Assembly (NCBI GenBank): GCA_018651085.1 | Contig: JABIEQ010000002.1 | Location: forward strand, 12,777 to 76,776 | DNA length: 64,000 bases | Source: Candidatus Magasanikiibacteriota bacterium | GTDB taxonomy: Bacteria; Patescibacteriota; Patescibacteriia; Magasanikbacterales; UBA922 | Direction of reading: 5' to 3' | Part shown: in pieces, positions 18,810 to 29,264 of the stretch | Numbering within the stretch: the first letter of the stretch is position 1 | Layout: every line of letters begins with the position of its first letter | Notes under the pieces: model-generated | Told to the model about the DNA's origin: nothing | Database searches by the model: none | Seen by the model: only the letters and a program-made list of their open reading frames with translations | Position numbers and translations under genes: made by a program

Positions 18810-19934
18810 ATGAAAGTTGCTTTGGTTCATGATTATCTTTCGCAAGATGGGGGAGCGGAACGTGTATTACAGGCTTTTCGAGATATATATCCCGAAGCGC
18901 CTATTTTTGTGTTGTTTCATGATAAGAAAAAACTTCCGCAGTTTGTTACTTCTGATATTCGACAATCATTTATTTCAAAGATGCCTTTTGGAAAAACAAA
19001 GTATCAATGGTATTTACCATGGATGCCTTTAGCAACTGAGCGTCATAATCTTCATGATTTTGATTTAGTGTTGTCGTCAACGAGTGCATTTGCTAAAGGG
19101 ATATTAACACGGCCTGAGACGCTTCATATTTCTTATTGTCATTCTCCAACACGATATTTGTGGACTGATACGCACGAATATATTCATGATTTAAAATATA
19201 ATCGATTTATTAAAGCTTTTTTACCACGGCTTATCCATAAACTTCGTTTATGGGATCGTGCAAGCGTTGATCGGGTTGATCATTTTATTGCAAATTCTGA
19301 CACGGTGCGTCATCGCATTCAAAAGTACTATAGACGAAAGAGTGATATCGTGTATCCGCCTGTTGATACGCATCTTTTTTCTCGTTCTACAAAAATACAG
19401 AATTATTTTATTTCTGGTGGACGATTTGTTCCGTATAAACGGTTTGATTTAGTGATTCAAGCATTCAATCGTTTGGGATGGCCATTGAAATTATTTGGAG
19501 ATGGTCCTGAGCTTGCGCGATTGAAAAAATTTGCTAAACCAAACATTCAATTTATTGGACGAGTGACTGATGAAAGAAAAATACAGCTTATTCGAGATGC
19601 AAAAGCGTTTATTCATCCACAAGTAGAAGATCTTGGTATTACACCAATAGAATCTATGGCAAGTGGTCGCCCGGTTATTGCTTACGGTGTTGGTGGTGTT
19701 ACTGAAACGGTCATTCCTGGTGTTACGGGGTTGTTTTTTGATCGCCAAGATTGGGAGTCACTTGTTGATGTGTTGCTTTCTTTTGATACACATACGTGGG
19801 ATAGCGCATTGATTCAGGCTCATGCAAGTAAGTTTAGTGCTAATAGATTTAAAGAACAAATAAGAACGTATATACAAAAGCGGTATAGTACTTTTCTCCA
19901 AGAGATGCAGCAGTGTCGTCTTGATGTGCGTTAA
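18810..19934 (+). CDS. glycosyltransferase family 1 (GT4-type)
   Basis: MKVALVHDYLSQDGGAERV N-terminus and C-terminal GT1 nucleotide-sugar binding region; start set at internal ATG. Confidence 0.75.
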   Translation: MKVALVHDYLSQDGGAERVLQAFRDIYPEAPIFVLFHDKKKLPQFVTSDIRQSFISKMPFGKTKYQWYLPWMPLATERHNLHDFDLVLSSTSAFAKGILTRPETLHISYCHSPTRYLWTDTHEYIHDLKYNRFIKAFLPRLIHKLRLWDRASVDRVDHFIANSDTVRHRIQKYYRRKSDIVYPPVDTHLFSRSTKIQNYFISGGRFVPYKRFDLVIQAFNRLGWPLKLFGDGPELARLKKFAKPNIQFIGRVTDERKIQLIRDAKAFIHPQVEDLGITPIESMASGRPVIAYGVGGVTETVIPGVTGLFFDRQDWESLVDVLLSFDTHTWDSALIQAHASKFSANRFKEQIRTYIQKRYSTFLQEMQQCRLDVR

Positions 19935-19941
19935 TTTTTAT

Positions 19942-21474
19942 ATGATTATTGGAATTGATTTACGTCCACTTATTCACCCACATCGTACAGGTGTCGGGGT
20001 GTATACGTTTGAGCTATTACAGGCTCTTTTTTCAATTGATAAAAAGAACACGTATATTCTTTTTTGTAATGCGTATCGTGATGTGTCTGTGCATATGCCT
20101 GCATTTGATCAAAAGAATGTACGGTTTGTGTATACTCGTTATCCAAATAAACTTTTTCATCTTGGTCAATTGTTGGGTATATTTTCACTTGATCAATTTA
20201 TATTGCGACGTGTTTCTGATATTGATCATTTTGATTACTTTTTTTCCTTAAATTTGCATTTTACACACATATCATCAAAAACAAAGACGCTCAAAACTAT
20301 TCATGATTTATCATTTTTATATTTTCCGGATTGTTATTCTTGGTGGCGGCGAGTGTGGCATCGGTTGATGCAACCAAAAAAACAAGTGGCTTCTTCTCGT
20401 ATAGTATTTGTTCCTTCAAATAATACTAAGCGTGATGTTCATCGATCTCTTGGTGTAAAAGAAACTTCGATTCAAGTATTATCTCCGGGAGTTTCTTCTA
20501 TATTTTTTTCAGATACGGCATTATCTTCTAAAGAGGTTCAAACAAAATATAATCTCCCGTCTGAATTTTTATTATTTTTAGGGACGCTTGAACCGCGTAA
20601 AAATATCTTAGCGATCATTGAGGCCTTTGTTTTAGCAAAGCCTCATCTTTCGTCTACGTGTGAGCTTATTATTGCTGGATCCTTGGGATGGAAACATGGG
20701 CCTATTTTACGAGCTATTGCGAGAACATCCGGTGTTCGTTATATTGGGTATGTAGATGAGATCGATAAACCCGCGTTGTATTGTTTGTCTACAATATTTG
20801 TTTTTCCGAGTTTGTATGAAGGGTTTGGTCTTCCTGTTCTTGAGGCAATGGCATCTAAAACAGCAGTGATTACGAGTGCACGGTCTTCTCTTGCTGAAGT
20901 TGTAGGTGATGCTGGGTATCTTGTGCATCCTTTGTATGTGTCTGAAATTGCTGACGCTATTATTACACTTTGTACAGACGATACACTTCGAGAATTGTAT
21001 CGTATAAAGGGGTATACACGATCTTGCGATTTTTCTTGGCAAAAAACTGCAAAGACATTTTTAACATATATAGAGCAATGTTTTATGAATACTGATCAAA
21101 CACTTACATTTGGGGCTTTAAAAGAACAATTGGCGGTATTTTATAAAGAACGAGATTGGGATCAGTTTCATGACCCTAAAAACGTAGCTGATGCTATAAG
21201 TATTGAGGTGGGGGAGCTTCTTGAACTTATGTTATGGAAAAATCCTGAAGAGGTTACTTCTCGTATGGAGACTGATCCTTCTTATAGAACAGCGATAGAA
21301 GAAGAACTTGTTGATGTGCTTTTGTATTGCTTTAATTTTGCTATTTCAACAAATATTGAACTTGCTCCTGTTATTTTGAGAAAAATGGCTAAAAATGCGC
21401 AAAAATATCCATCTAACGTTATGAAAGGTAATGCCCCTGATCGCTTTGTTATAGCTCAAAAAAAGGCACAGTAG
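19942..21474 (+). CDS. glycosyltransferase family 1 fused to C-terminal MazG-like nucleotide pyrophosphohydrolase domain
   Basis: GT1 core (EGFGLPVLEAMA) followed by MazG-type EXXE...EXXD motifs (ISIEVGELLELMLW ... EEELVDVLLYCFNFA). Confidence 0.65.
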   Translation: MIIGIDLRPLIHPHRTGVGVYTFELLQALFSIDKKNTYILFCNAYRDVSVHMPAFDQKNVRFVYTRYPNKLFHLGQLLGIFSLDQFILRRVSDIDHFDYFFSLNLHFTHISSKTKTLKTIHDLSFLYFPDCYSWWRRVWHRLMQPKKQVASSRIVFVPSNNTKRDVHRSLGVKETSIQVLSPGVSSIFFSDTALSSKEVQTKYNLPSEFLLFLGTLEPRKNILAIIEAFVLAKPHLSSTCELIIAGSLGWKHGPILRAIARTSGVRYIGYVDEIDKPALYCLSTIFVFPSLYEGFGLPVLEAMASKTAVITSARSSLAEVVGDAGYLVHPLYVSEIADAIITLCTDDTLRELYRIKGYTRSCDFSWQKTAKTFLTYIEQCFMNTDQTLTFGALKEQLAVFYKERDWDQFHDPKNVADAISIEVGELLELMLWKNPEEVTSRMETDPSYRTAIEEELVDVLLYCFNFAISTNIELAPVILRKMAKNAQKYPSNVMKGNAPDRFVIAQKKAQ

Positions 21475-21490
21475 GGCTATTTTTCCCTTG

Positions 21491-21519
21491 ACAAGCTCTT
21501 TATTTTCGGGTACACTCGC
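21491..21519 (+). promoter_or_regulatory. sigma70-like promoter upstream of rplS
   Basis: TTGACA - 17 nt - TACACT. Confidence 0.45.
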
Positions 21520-21576
21520 CTCACGTATATTATTTGATGATGTTGAAAGGGTTTTTCAACCTCTCGTAATTTTTAG

Positions 21577-21978
21577 ATGCATATGTCAGAAGACATTCGA
21601 TTTTCTCTCAAACCCGGCATGATTATTCGTGTCCACCAACGTATTAAAGACGTTAATAGTAAGGGAGAAGAAAAAGAGCGTACACAAATTTTTGAAGGGC
21701 AAGTATTAGCAGCAAAACATGGAAAAGAATCTGGTGCTACTGTTACAGTAAGAAAGATTTCTAAAGGTTTTGGTGTAGAAAAGATTTTTCCTCTTCATTC
21801 ACCACTTGTTGCAAAAATTGAACTTGTTCGTCATCTTATTGTGCGACAATCTCGTGCATATTACTTGCGAGATCATAAAAAGAAACTTAGAGCTGTTCGT
21901 CTACAAAAGAAAAAAGCTGCCCCTACGAAAAAAAAGAAAGTTGAAGCAGCACCTGTTGAAACTCCTGCAGCAGTATAA
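21577..21978 (+). CDS. rplS: 50S ribosomal protein L19 with Lys-rich C-terminal extension
   Basis: MIIRVHQRIKD...RTQIFEGQVLAAKHGKESGATVTVRKIS...EKIFPLHSP conserved L19 core. Confidence 0.85.
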   Translation: MHMSEDIRFSLKPGMIIRVHQRIKDVNSKGEEKERTQIFEGQVLAAKHGKESGATVTVRKISKGFGVEKIFPLHSPLVAKIELVRHLIVRQSRAYYLRDHKKKLRAVRLQKKKAAPTKKKKVEAAPVETPAAV

Positions 21979-21988
21979 TCGATATATT

Positions 21989-22021
21989 AAATACACCACC
22001 CATTATGGGTGGTGTATTTTT
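21989..22021. terminator. bidirectional intrinsic terminator between rplS and prmC
   Basis: aaatacaccacccattatgggtggtgtattttt. Confidence 0.6.
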
Positions 22022-22851
22022 ATTTGTACGATCCGATCTAATTGTGCAAGATCTTTATGAACGAGCACCTTCGCTTTAGGCCAGTGCATGTGAATGATGT
22101 CTTTTATTTCTTGTTTTTGATCTGGATCTATTTCTATATATATTGTGAGACAATGTAATGTATCTAATTTTTTTGTTTGTATTTGAGTGAACAATATTTT
22201 ATATAATGCAAGTCCGCGTTCCTTTGCAATTAGTGCGTGTGTTGGTTCCCATTTGATAGAAGGTTCTTTTTTGTATTGTTCTTTTTTTATGTATGGAAGG
22301 TTTGCTGTAATGATGAGATTTTTTGTATGAATCATTTCATGCGTGATGCTCTTTATCAGGTTTGTGTGTATATATTGTATGGGGGCATTGTGTCTGATGC
22401 TGTTTTTTGATGCTATGCGTAAGGCTTTTTTATATTTGTCAGTTCCTATACAAGTAAGTGCGTTGTTTACATTTTTTTGTATGGCAATAGGGATACATCC
22501 TGACCCTACACCAACATCAATGAGTGTATATGGACTTGTTTTTGTATCTAGTTCTTCTAGCACTTTTTCTATAAGAACTTCTGTGTCAGGTCGAGGGATG
22601 AGAGTATGTTTGTTTACAATAAAGTCTAGACCAAAGAATGCTTTTTCGTTTGTAAGATATGCAAAAGGTACTCCTTTTTTTCTTTTACGTACGAGATGTA
22701 AAAAGCGCATGTATGATCGTATGGAAATAGGGGCGTCTGTGTGTGCGAGTATCGTTGTGTACTTTTTATGTATAACATAAGATAAAAGCAGCGTTGCTTC
22801 TTTTATCTTCATATCTCTTTGTGCTCGCTTTAATGCTTGCCCTATGGTCAT
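22003..22851 (-). CDS. prmC: release factor glutamine N5-methyltransferase
   Basis: SAM-binding DVGVGSGCI and NLPY (NPPY-type) motif; immediately downstream of prfA on same strand. Confidence 0.75.
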   Translation of the reverse strand: MTIGQALKRAQRDMKIKEATLLLSYVIHKKYTTILAHTDAPISIRSYMRFLHLVRKRKKGVPFAYLTNEKAFFGLDFIVNKHTLIPRPDTEVLIEKVLEELDTKTSPYTLIDVGVGSGCIPIAIQKNVNNALTCIGTDKYKKALRIASKNSIRHNAPIQYIHTNLIKSITHEMIHTKNLIITANLPYIKKEQYKKEPSIKWEPTHALIAKERGLALYKILFTQIQTKKLDTLHCLTIYIEIDPDQKQEIKDIIHMHWPKAKVLVHKDLAQLDRIVQIKIHHP

Positions 22852-22853
22852 AC

Positions 22854-23915
22854 TTATTGGTCGTCTTTTTGTTTGTAATCTTCATCTTTAAGTATGTCGA
22901 TAATTGATTGTACCTCACCGTCAAGAATTGCTTGGATGTTATTCCAGCTATGTTTAATACGATGATCAGTAATACGATCTTGTGGGTAATTGTATGTTCG
23001 TATTTTTTCTGAACGATCACCTGATCCAATTTGGCTTTTTCTTTTGGCATCAAGCTCGGCTTGTTTTTTTGCTTGTTCTGCTTCGTAGATTCGTGCGCGA
23101 AGAACGCTCATGGCTTTTATTCTATTTTGTTGTTGAGATTTTTCGTCTTGGCATTGCACTGTTACGCCAGTTGGAATGTGCACAATTCGTACCGCACTGT
23201 ACGTTGTGTTTACACTTTGTCCACCGTTTCCACTCGCACAGTAGGTGTCAATTCTTAAGTCTTGTTGTCTGATATCAATTTCCTTTTCTTCTACCTCTGG
23301 TAATATGGCAACACTTGCTGTAGATGTATGAATTCTTCCAGATTTTTCTGTTTCTGGAATTCGTTGTACACGATGTACTCCCATTTCATATTTCATTGAT
23401 TCGTATACATTTTTTCCTGTCACATTAAAGATAACTTCTTTAAATCCACCGATACCAATACGGTTTTCACTGATGATCGCGGTCTTCCAATTGTTTTTTT
23501 CAGCGTAACGTATGTACATGCGCATAAGATTTCCTGCAAATAAAGCTGCTTCATCTCCACCTGCACCTGCACGTATTTCTACGATGACATTTTTTTTGTC
23601 CATGGGGTCCTTTGGTCTTGTCATGAGTTTTAATGTGTCTTCGAGACCTTGGACTTTTTGTTTTAATTGTTCGAGTTCTTCTTTTTCTAATTCTTTCATT
23701 TCTTCATCTGTTTCCTCTTGTAGGATGTGTTCTGTTTTTTCTACGTTTTTTTCAGTTTTTTCGAGTGTTACAATGTGCTCTACGAGATCTTTAAGATCAT
23801 TGTATTCTTGAGAGATATCTTTGATCTTTTTTGGGTCACTAAGTATGGCTTGATCTTGTAATAGTGCTTCAAGTTCTTTAAAACGGTTGTGTATGTCTAT
23901 ATATTTTTGTTTCAT
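22854..23915 (-). CDS. prfA: peptide chain release factor 1
   Basis: GGQ motif ([25 protein letters not shown]), 353 aa; prfA-prmC operon arrangement. Confidence 0.9.
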   Translation of the reverse strand: MKQKYIDIHNRFKELEALLQDQAILSDPKKIKDISQEYNDLKDLVEHIVTLEKTEKNVEKTEHILQEETDEEMKELEKEELEQLKQKVQGLEDTLKLMTRPKDPMDKKNVIVEIRAGAGGDEAALFAGNLMRMYIRYAEKNNWKTAIISENRIGIGGFKEVIFNVTGKNVYESMKYEMGVHRVQRIPETEKSGRIHTSTASVAILPEVEEKEIDIRQQDLRIDTYCASGNGGQSVNTTYSAVRIVHIPTGVTVQCQDEKSQQQNRIKAMSVLRARIYEAEQAKKQAELDAKRKSQIGSGDRSEKIRTYNYPQDRITDHRIKHSWNNIQAILDGEVQSIIDILKDEDYKQKDDQ

Positions 23916-23973
23916 ATGATATTCAAAAAATAAAAAACCAGCCTGAAAGAGGCTGATTAAATATGTACGGGAG

Positions 23974-24318
23974 CTATTTTACGTCTTCTTTTGTTTCAGT
24001 ATTTGCTTCTTTTTCTTTTGTCGCTGCACGAGTTGCTCGCTTTGCTTTTTTCCCTTTTCTTCCTTTTGCTGTATCTTCTTGTTTTTGCATACGTGCTTGG
24101 AATTTTTCTACTCGTCTTGCTGTATCAATAAGCATCTCTTTTCCAGTATAAAATGGGTGTGATGCTGAAGAAATTTCGATATTGTGTACTTGATGTGTTA
24201 CACCATCTATATCTCTTGTATCCTCTCCATTCATTGTTGAGGTTGTCTTAAATTCTACCCCACATGAGGTATCTACAAAGATAGCTGGATGATTTGTTGG
24301 ATGTGTATTTTGTTTCAT
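23974..24318 (-). CDS. rpmE: 50S ribosomal protein L31
   Basis: MKQNTHP..SCG...HPFYTGK...RVEKF conserved L31 blocks plus Lys/Ala-rich tail; start moved to internal ATG; intrinsic terminator downstream on minus strand (cagcctgaaagaggctg + T-run). Confidence 0.7.
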   Translation of the reverse strand: MKQNTHPTNHPAIFVDTSCGVEFKTTSTMNGEDTRDIDGVTHQVHNIEISSASHPFYTGKEMLIDTARRVEKFQARMQKQEDTAKGRKGKKAKRATRAATKEKEANTETKEDVK

Positions 24319-24520
24319 ATTATTTAGTTTTAGCGCGCTTATCGTATCATGTGTCTTTTTTTTTGTCAATGGAGTTGTCTGTATCACTTTGTGTATATCT
24401 TTTTGTGAAAAATAGCTTATTTTAGCCTATTTTAGCCTATTTTTTGGCTTAACCCCCTTGCTTTTTTTCGGGTTTTTCTATATACTGCCTTTGTTCATGA
24501 ATTCTCGAAATATTTTGTAT

Positions 24521-24745
24521 ATGTTAAATACTGTTATTCTTTTCCTTGACGTTATTGTAGGACTTGTCCTTATTATTGCTATTTTATTGCAACAAAAAGG
24601 GGCTGGTCTTGGAGCTGGATTTGGTGGAAGCGGTGGTGGTGGTGTTGTGAGTACAAGACGTGGAGTTGATCTCTTTTTGTATAAAGTTACTATTGTTTCA
24701 TCTATTCTTTTCTTCGTACTAGCATTTCTTGCTCTTTTTGTGTAA
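24521..24745 (+). CDS. secG: preprotein translocase subunit SecG
   Basis: LLQQKGAGLGAGFGGSGGGG...TRRGVD...FLYKVT pattern typical of SecG; two TM helices. Confidence 0.7.
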   Translation: MLNTVILFLDVIVGLVLIIAILLQQKGAGLGAGFGGSGGGGVVSTRRGVDLFLYKVTIVSSILFFVLAFLALFV

Positions 24746-24830
24746 GAAATTCTTCTTTTTGAACATATATACATATTATATGTGTTCTTATTAATATTTT
24801 TTTGTGCAACTGCCTCCATATATAAAGGGG

Positions 24831-26894
24831 ATGTATTCCTCTTTGAAAAAATATATCTTTTCTTCTTCGAAGCGATTTTCTTCCCATAAGGATGTTTCTC
24901 TTGTACGTCGTGTGCATGGAAAACGATTTCCTTCATGGAAACAATTTCGTCATATTCATAAGATTCTTTCGTCAAGAGAAATGCTTTTTTTTCGGATGAG
25001 CGTATTTGTTTTTTTTGTGGCTATTGTTTGGGTGGGACTTGTGTCTGCTTCAACATATCGTGTGCGTGTTCCTGCTATTGGTGGAAAGTATATTGAAGCT
25101 GTTGTTGGATCCCCACAGCTTGTGAATCCTATTTTTGCTTCGGTAAATGATGTTGATCTTGATCTTACAAGGCTTGTCTATGCTGGGCTTATGCGTCATG
25201 ATGATGCACAAACGCTTCATACAGATTTAGCAAAGAGCTATACTATTAGTGAAGATCAGCTTACATATACCTTTGAACTTCGTGATGATATCTCTTGGCA
25301 TGATGGGGAATCATTAACGGCTCGTGATGTTGTCTTTACTATTGAAACCATTCAAAATCCTGAAGTGAACAGTCCTTTGATTGTTAGTTTCCAAGGTGTT
25401 CTTGTGGAAGCTATTGATGAGAAGACTGTACGGTTTACGCTTGAAGAACCGTTTACACCATTTCTTTCTTCTTTAGTGTTTGGGGTGTTGCCTGAACACG
25501 TGTGGGGATCTGTTTCAGCTGAACGTATGCGTCTTGCTGGAGCGAACTTGCGTCCTGTTGGGGCTGGTCCGTTTCAATTTGCTCGTTTTGTTAAAGATGA
25601 AACAGGTTTTATCTACAAGTATGAACTTGCTCGGTACGAAGGATATCACCATGCGCCTTCTTTTATAAAGGAACTAGTGTTTCGTTTTTACGAAGGAGAA
25701 GATGCCTATTTTCGTGCAATTCAAGATTTTCGAGAACAAAAAGTAGATGGTCTTCATTTTGTTCCGTTTGATATGCGAGATCGTGTTGAGCGTAAGCATA
25801 TTGTGCTTCATACCTTGCAACTTCCACAATATACGGCCTTATTTTTTAATGAAGATCATGCGCCGGTCCTTGAAGAAGTTGAAGTTCGAACAGCGCTTGC
25901 TCTTTCTATTGATAAGGAACGGATTTTGCGTGATGTGCTTCGTGACGAAGGGGAAGCCATCAATGGTCCTATTTTGCCAAATTATCCTGGATTTGATCCG
26001 AATCAAAAGAAGCTTGAGTATAGTGTGAGTAAAGCTAATGATTTGCTTGATACTACATGGACTCGAGTATCTGTTGAAGATTATCGTGAAAAAAATAAAG
26101 CAGCCCTTCTTCTTGAGTGGGAAGAAGAACAACAAGCTATTTTAGAAACTAAAGTACAGGCTGATGCTGCAATTCAAGAAGCTCTTGATGAGAATGCTGA
26201 AGATGAAGAAGCTGAAGCGGTTGATGATGCCGTTGATTCTTCTGAAGAGTCAGTTGAAGAGGGTTTGAGTATTGAAGCGTTACGTACACAAAAAGAAGAG
26301 GACATTGATCTACTTCTTGATCAAGAAATTGACGAAGGGCAAACGTTTTATCGTCAAGATGAAGATGAAAATCTTTTAACTATTGATCTTGTAACGGCTA
26401 GAACACCAGAATATGAACGTGCGATTGATCTTATTGTCGCGTCATGGCAAGAGATTGGTGTTCGTGTTCGAACAACATTTATTGATCCAAAAGATATTTC
26501 TCGTACAACACTTCGGGATAGAACATACGATGTATTATTGTACGGAGCAATTATTGGGAGTGATCCTGATCCATATCCATTTTGGCATTCTTCTCAGATT
26601 GATTTTCCTGGATTGAATCTTGCTCGATATGTGAATCGTACTGCTGATGGGTTTTTAGAAGACGCTCGCGAGGCAACTGACCCTGTTGAAATTGCTGATT
26701 TTTATCGACAATTTCAAGATCTTTTATTTGAAGATCGACCTGCTACATTTTTGTACACTCCAACGTATACATATGCGACAAGTGATATCGTACGTGGCAT
26801 TACTGTCTCACGAATTTTTGTTCCAGCTGATCGGTTTGCTGGTATTACCGGGTGGTATATTAAAACTGATGGAAAATGGAAGTTTCGAAAATAA
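24831..26894 (+). CDS. ABC transporter substrate-binding protein, family 5 (peptide/nickel/oligosaccharide type), membrane-anchored, with acidic insert
   Basis: SBP_bac_5-like layout; N-terminal TM anchor; long Glu/Asp-rich insertion; start ambiguous (GTG 24804, ATG 24831, ATG 24981). Confidence 0.55.
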   Translation: MYSSLKKYIFSSSKRFSSHKDVSLVRRVHGKRFPSWKQFRHIHKILSSREMLFFRMSVFVFFVAIVWVGLVSASTYRVRVPAIGGKYIEAVVGSPQLVNPIFASVNDVDLDLTRLVYAGLMRHDDAQTLHTDLAKSYTISEDQLTYTFELRDDISWHDGESLTARDVVFTIETIQNPEVNSPLIVSFQGVLVEAIDEKTVRFTLEEPFTPFLSSLVFGVLPEHVWGSVSAERMRLAGANLRPVGAGPFQFARFVKDETGFIYKYELARYEGYHHAPSFIKELVFRFYEGEDAYFRAIQDFREQKVDGLHFVPFDMRDRVERKHIVLHTLQLPQYTALFFNEDHAPVLEEVEVRTALALSIDKERILRDVLRDEGEAINGPILPNYPGFDPNQKKLEYSVSKANDLLDTTWTRVSVEDYREKNKAALLLEWEEEQQAILETKVQADAAIQEALDENAEDEEAEAVDDAVDSSEESVEEGLSIEALRTQKEEDIDLLLDQEIDEGQTFYRQDEDENLLTIDLVTARTPEYERAIDLIVASWQEIGVRVRTTFIDPKDISRTTLRDRTYDVLLYGAIIGSDPDPYPFWHSSQIDFPGLNLARYVNRTADGFLEDAREATDPVEIADFYRQFQDLLFEDRPATFLYTPTYTYATSDIVRGITVSRIFVPADRFAGITGWYIKTDGKWKFRK

Positions 26895-26961
26895 CATTTA
26901 TTATCTACCTTCATCTGTTCGTCTATATTAAGCGAACAGCGAATTAATTAATCTCTATATT

Positions 26962-28833
26962 ATGATGAGAAAAACGACAACAACGGGCCCTGGTGCTGTT
27001 AGAAGAAACAGTGGCAAGCCCTCAACCCCTCGAGTAGGAGGTCATGCACGTGGTGCACGACATTCTTCTTCTCGATCAACACAACGACCACGTACGCACG
27101 CCTCTCGACCATCTACACATACTCGCTCAGCCGGTAAAAGTTCTCGGTATCACATTCCAGGGAGTGATGAAAATCTTCGTATTATCCCTGTTGGAGGATG
27201 TGAAGAAGTTGGACGAAACATGACTATTTTTGAATATGGTCGTGATATTGTTATTCTTGACATGGGAGTACAGTTCCCAGAAGAAGACATGCCCGGAATT
27301 GACCTTATTATTCCTAACATTAGTTATTTAAAAGGACGAGAAAAAGATATCCGTGGTATTATTTTTAGCCATGGTCATCTTGATCACATTGGTGCTGCTC
27401 CTTTTCTTTTAGACAAGTTAGGCTATCCTGTGATTGCTGGAAAAGATCTTACGCTTGCACTTATTAAGCATAAACTTGAAGATCGACAAAAAGGTTCAAC
27501 AAAAAATCTTAAGACTATTCGTATCAATGGATTTGATGATGTGCTTAAACTTGGTAAATTTACGATTAAATTCTTCCAAGTAGAACACTCTATCATGGAT
27601 GCCGTTGGTGTTATTGTTGAAACTCCTGCTGGAATAGCTATTCATCCTGGAGATTGGACCATGGAACGAGACAAAAAAGGTAAAGCGCGTGTTGACTATA
27701 AGCATCTTGCGAAGCTTAAAGGAAAACCAAGTGTACTTTTACTTGAAAGTCTTGGAGCAATTCATGATAAGTCTCATGGAACATACGAAGAGATGTATAA
27801 AAACATTAAAGATATCATTGGTAATGCAAAAGGACGTGTCATTATCGGTACATTTTCTTCACAAATTGAGCGAATTAAATGGATTATTGCAGCTGCTACG
27901 AATCTTGGAAAGAAAGTTGCGCTTGATGGGTATAGCATGAAACTTAATGTTGAAATTGCAAAAAACCTTGGATACATTAAGTTTCCAAAAGGAACATTAA
28001 TTGATGTACGGAATGCATCTAAGTATAAAGACAATGAAATCATTGTTATTTGTACTGGTGCGCAAGGAGAATCAAATGCTGTATTATCTCGTATTGTGAA
28101 TGGGCATCATCGTTCTATTAAATTGCAAAAAAGTGATACTGTTGTATTTTCTTCTTCTGTTATTCCTGGAAATGAACGGACGATTCAACGGTTAAAAGAT
28201 AACATGTATCGTCAGTGTGATAACGTGCTTCATAGAGACATTCTTGAAGTTCACGTGAGTGGTCATGCAACTCGAACAGACATTAAAGACATGGTAAAGC
28301 AAGTACAACCGGATTATTTTGTGCCGGTATATGCTAATCATTTGTTTTTAAAAGAAGCTGCTTGGCTTGTTCGAGATGACGGATTTGATGAAAAAAATAT
28401 CACTGTTCCAGACAATGGAACAATTATGGAACTTGGGAAAGATGGTATGCGTGTGTTAGAAGCAAAAATTCCAACCAATTACGTATATGTTGATGGGCTT
28501 GGTGTTAGTGATGCACAACATGTTGTGCTTCGAGATAGACAAGTGTTAGCAGAAGACGGTATGGTTGTTGTTATTGCAACAATTGATTCAAAAACTGGAA
28601 AGCTTGTACAAAATCCAGATATTATTTCTCGTGGTTTTGTATTTTTAAAAGAAAATAAAGATTTGATTGAAGACTTGCGTGGAAAAGTGAAACGCATGGT
28701 GTTGAAATCTGATCCAAAAACTTGGGCAGACACTAATGAAATCAAAAATATCATCCGTGATAAGGTTGGACAGTTCCTCTTTACAAAAACACAAAAACGT
28801 CCAATGATTTTGCCTGTTGTGATTGAAGTGTAA
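26962..28833 (+). CDS. rnj: ribonuclease J (beta-CASP metallo-beta-lactamase RNase) with Arg/Ser-rich N-terminal extension
   Basis: HGHLDHIGA zinc-binding motif, beta-CASP region, RNase J C-terminal domain; 623 aa. Confidence 0.8.
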   Translation: MMRKTTTTGPGAVRRNSGKPSTPRVGGHARGARHSSSRSTQRPRTHASRPSTHTRSAGKSSRYHIPGSDENLRIIPVGGCEEVGRNMTIFEYGRDIVILDMGVQFPEEDMPGIDLIIPNISYLKGREKDIRGIIFSHGHLDHIGAAPFLLDKLGYPVIAGKDLTLALIKHKLEDRQKGSTKNLKTIRINGFDDVLKLGKFTIKFFQVEHSIMDAVGVIVETPAGIAIHPGDWTMERDKKGKARVDYKHLAKLKGKPSVLLLESLGAIHDKSHGTYEEMYKNIKDIIGNAKGRVIIGTFSSQIERIKWIIAAATNLGKKVALDGYSMKLNVEIAKNLGYIKFPKGTLIDVRNASKYKDNEIIVICTGAQGESNAVLSRIVNGHHRSIKLQKSDTVVFSSSVIPGNERTIQRLKDNMYRQCDNVLHRDILEVHVSGHATRTDIKDMVKQVQPDYFVPVYANHLFLKEAAWLVRDDGFDEKNITVPDNGTIMELGKDGMRVLEAKIPTNYVYVDGLGVSDAQHVVLRDRQVLAEDGMVVVIATIDSKTGKLVQNPDIISRGFVFLKENKDLIEDLRGKVKRMVLKSDPKTWADTNEIKNIIRDKVGQFLFTKTQKRPMILPVVIEV

Positions 28834-28866
28834 TATATTTTTGTTGACACAAGAATATTCACTTGG

Positions 28867-28892
28867 TAGTGTACTTATATATAAGTACACTA
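28867..28892. promoter_or_regulatory. 26-bp perfect palindrome (tagtgtacttata|tataagtacacta), candidate TrpR-type operator
   Basis: Perfect inverted repeat with GTAC half-sites just upstream of the TrpR-like gene and overlapping a TTGACA-spaced promoter. Confidence 0.55.
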
Positions 28893-28899
28893 TTTTTTT

Positions 28900-29187
28900 A
28901 TGTCTGGTATTCGAAAATATAAACAGGATCTTATTTCTTTTCTGTCTGCTATTACTGATGCTAAAATGATGCAGGATTTTTTGCGTGATTTATTGACGCC
29001 GACAGAGTTTGAAGAAATTGCAAAGCGATTGCAAATTGTGCAACGACTTGATAATGGAGAAAGTCAGCGTCGGATTGCAAAGGACCTTGGCACAGGGATC
29101 GCCACTGTTACAAGAGGGTCTAAGACACTGAAAAAGCCTCGGAGTAAATTTAGAACTATTTTGCGATCACTTCGTGAAGATGTTTAA
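28900..29187 (+). CDS. TrpR-like / YerC-YecD family DNA-binding protein
   Basis: 95 aa; LTPTEFEEIAKRLQIVQRL...GESQRRIAKDLGTGIATVTRGS helix-turn-helix typical of TrpR/YerC. Confidence 0.65.
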   Translation: MSGIRKYKQDLISFLSAITDAKMMQDFLRDLLTPTEFEEIAKRLQIVQRLDNGESQRRIAKDLGTGIATVTRGSKTLKKPRSKFRTILRSLREDV

Positions 29188-29264
29188 GCATAAGAGGGCC
29201 GTATAGGTTCCCTTGTTTTTTTTCTATCTATACGTTACTGTATAGATAATTAATTTTATTTAGC

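Noticed and set aside
24405-24440. Short tandem 10-mers (agcctatttt x2-3) upstream of secG
   Set aside because: Too short and low-complexity to be a CRISPR or iteron array; probably AT-rich promoter sequence.
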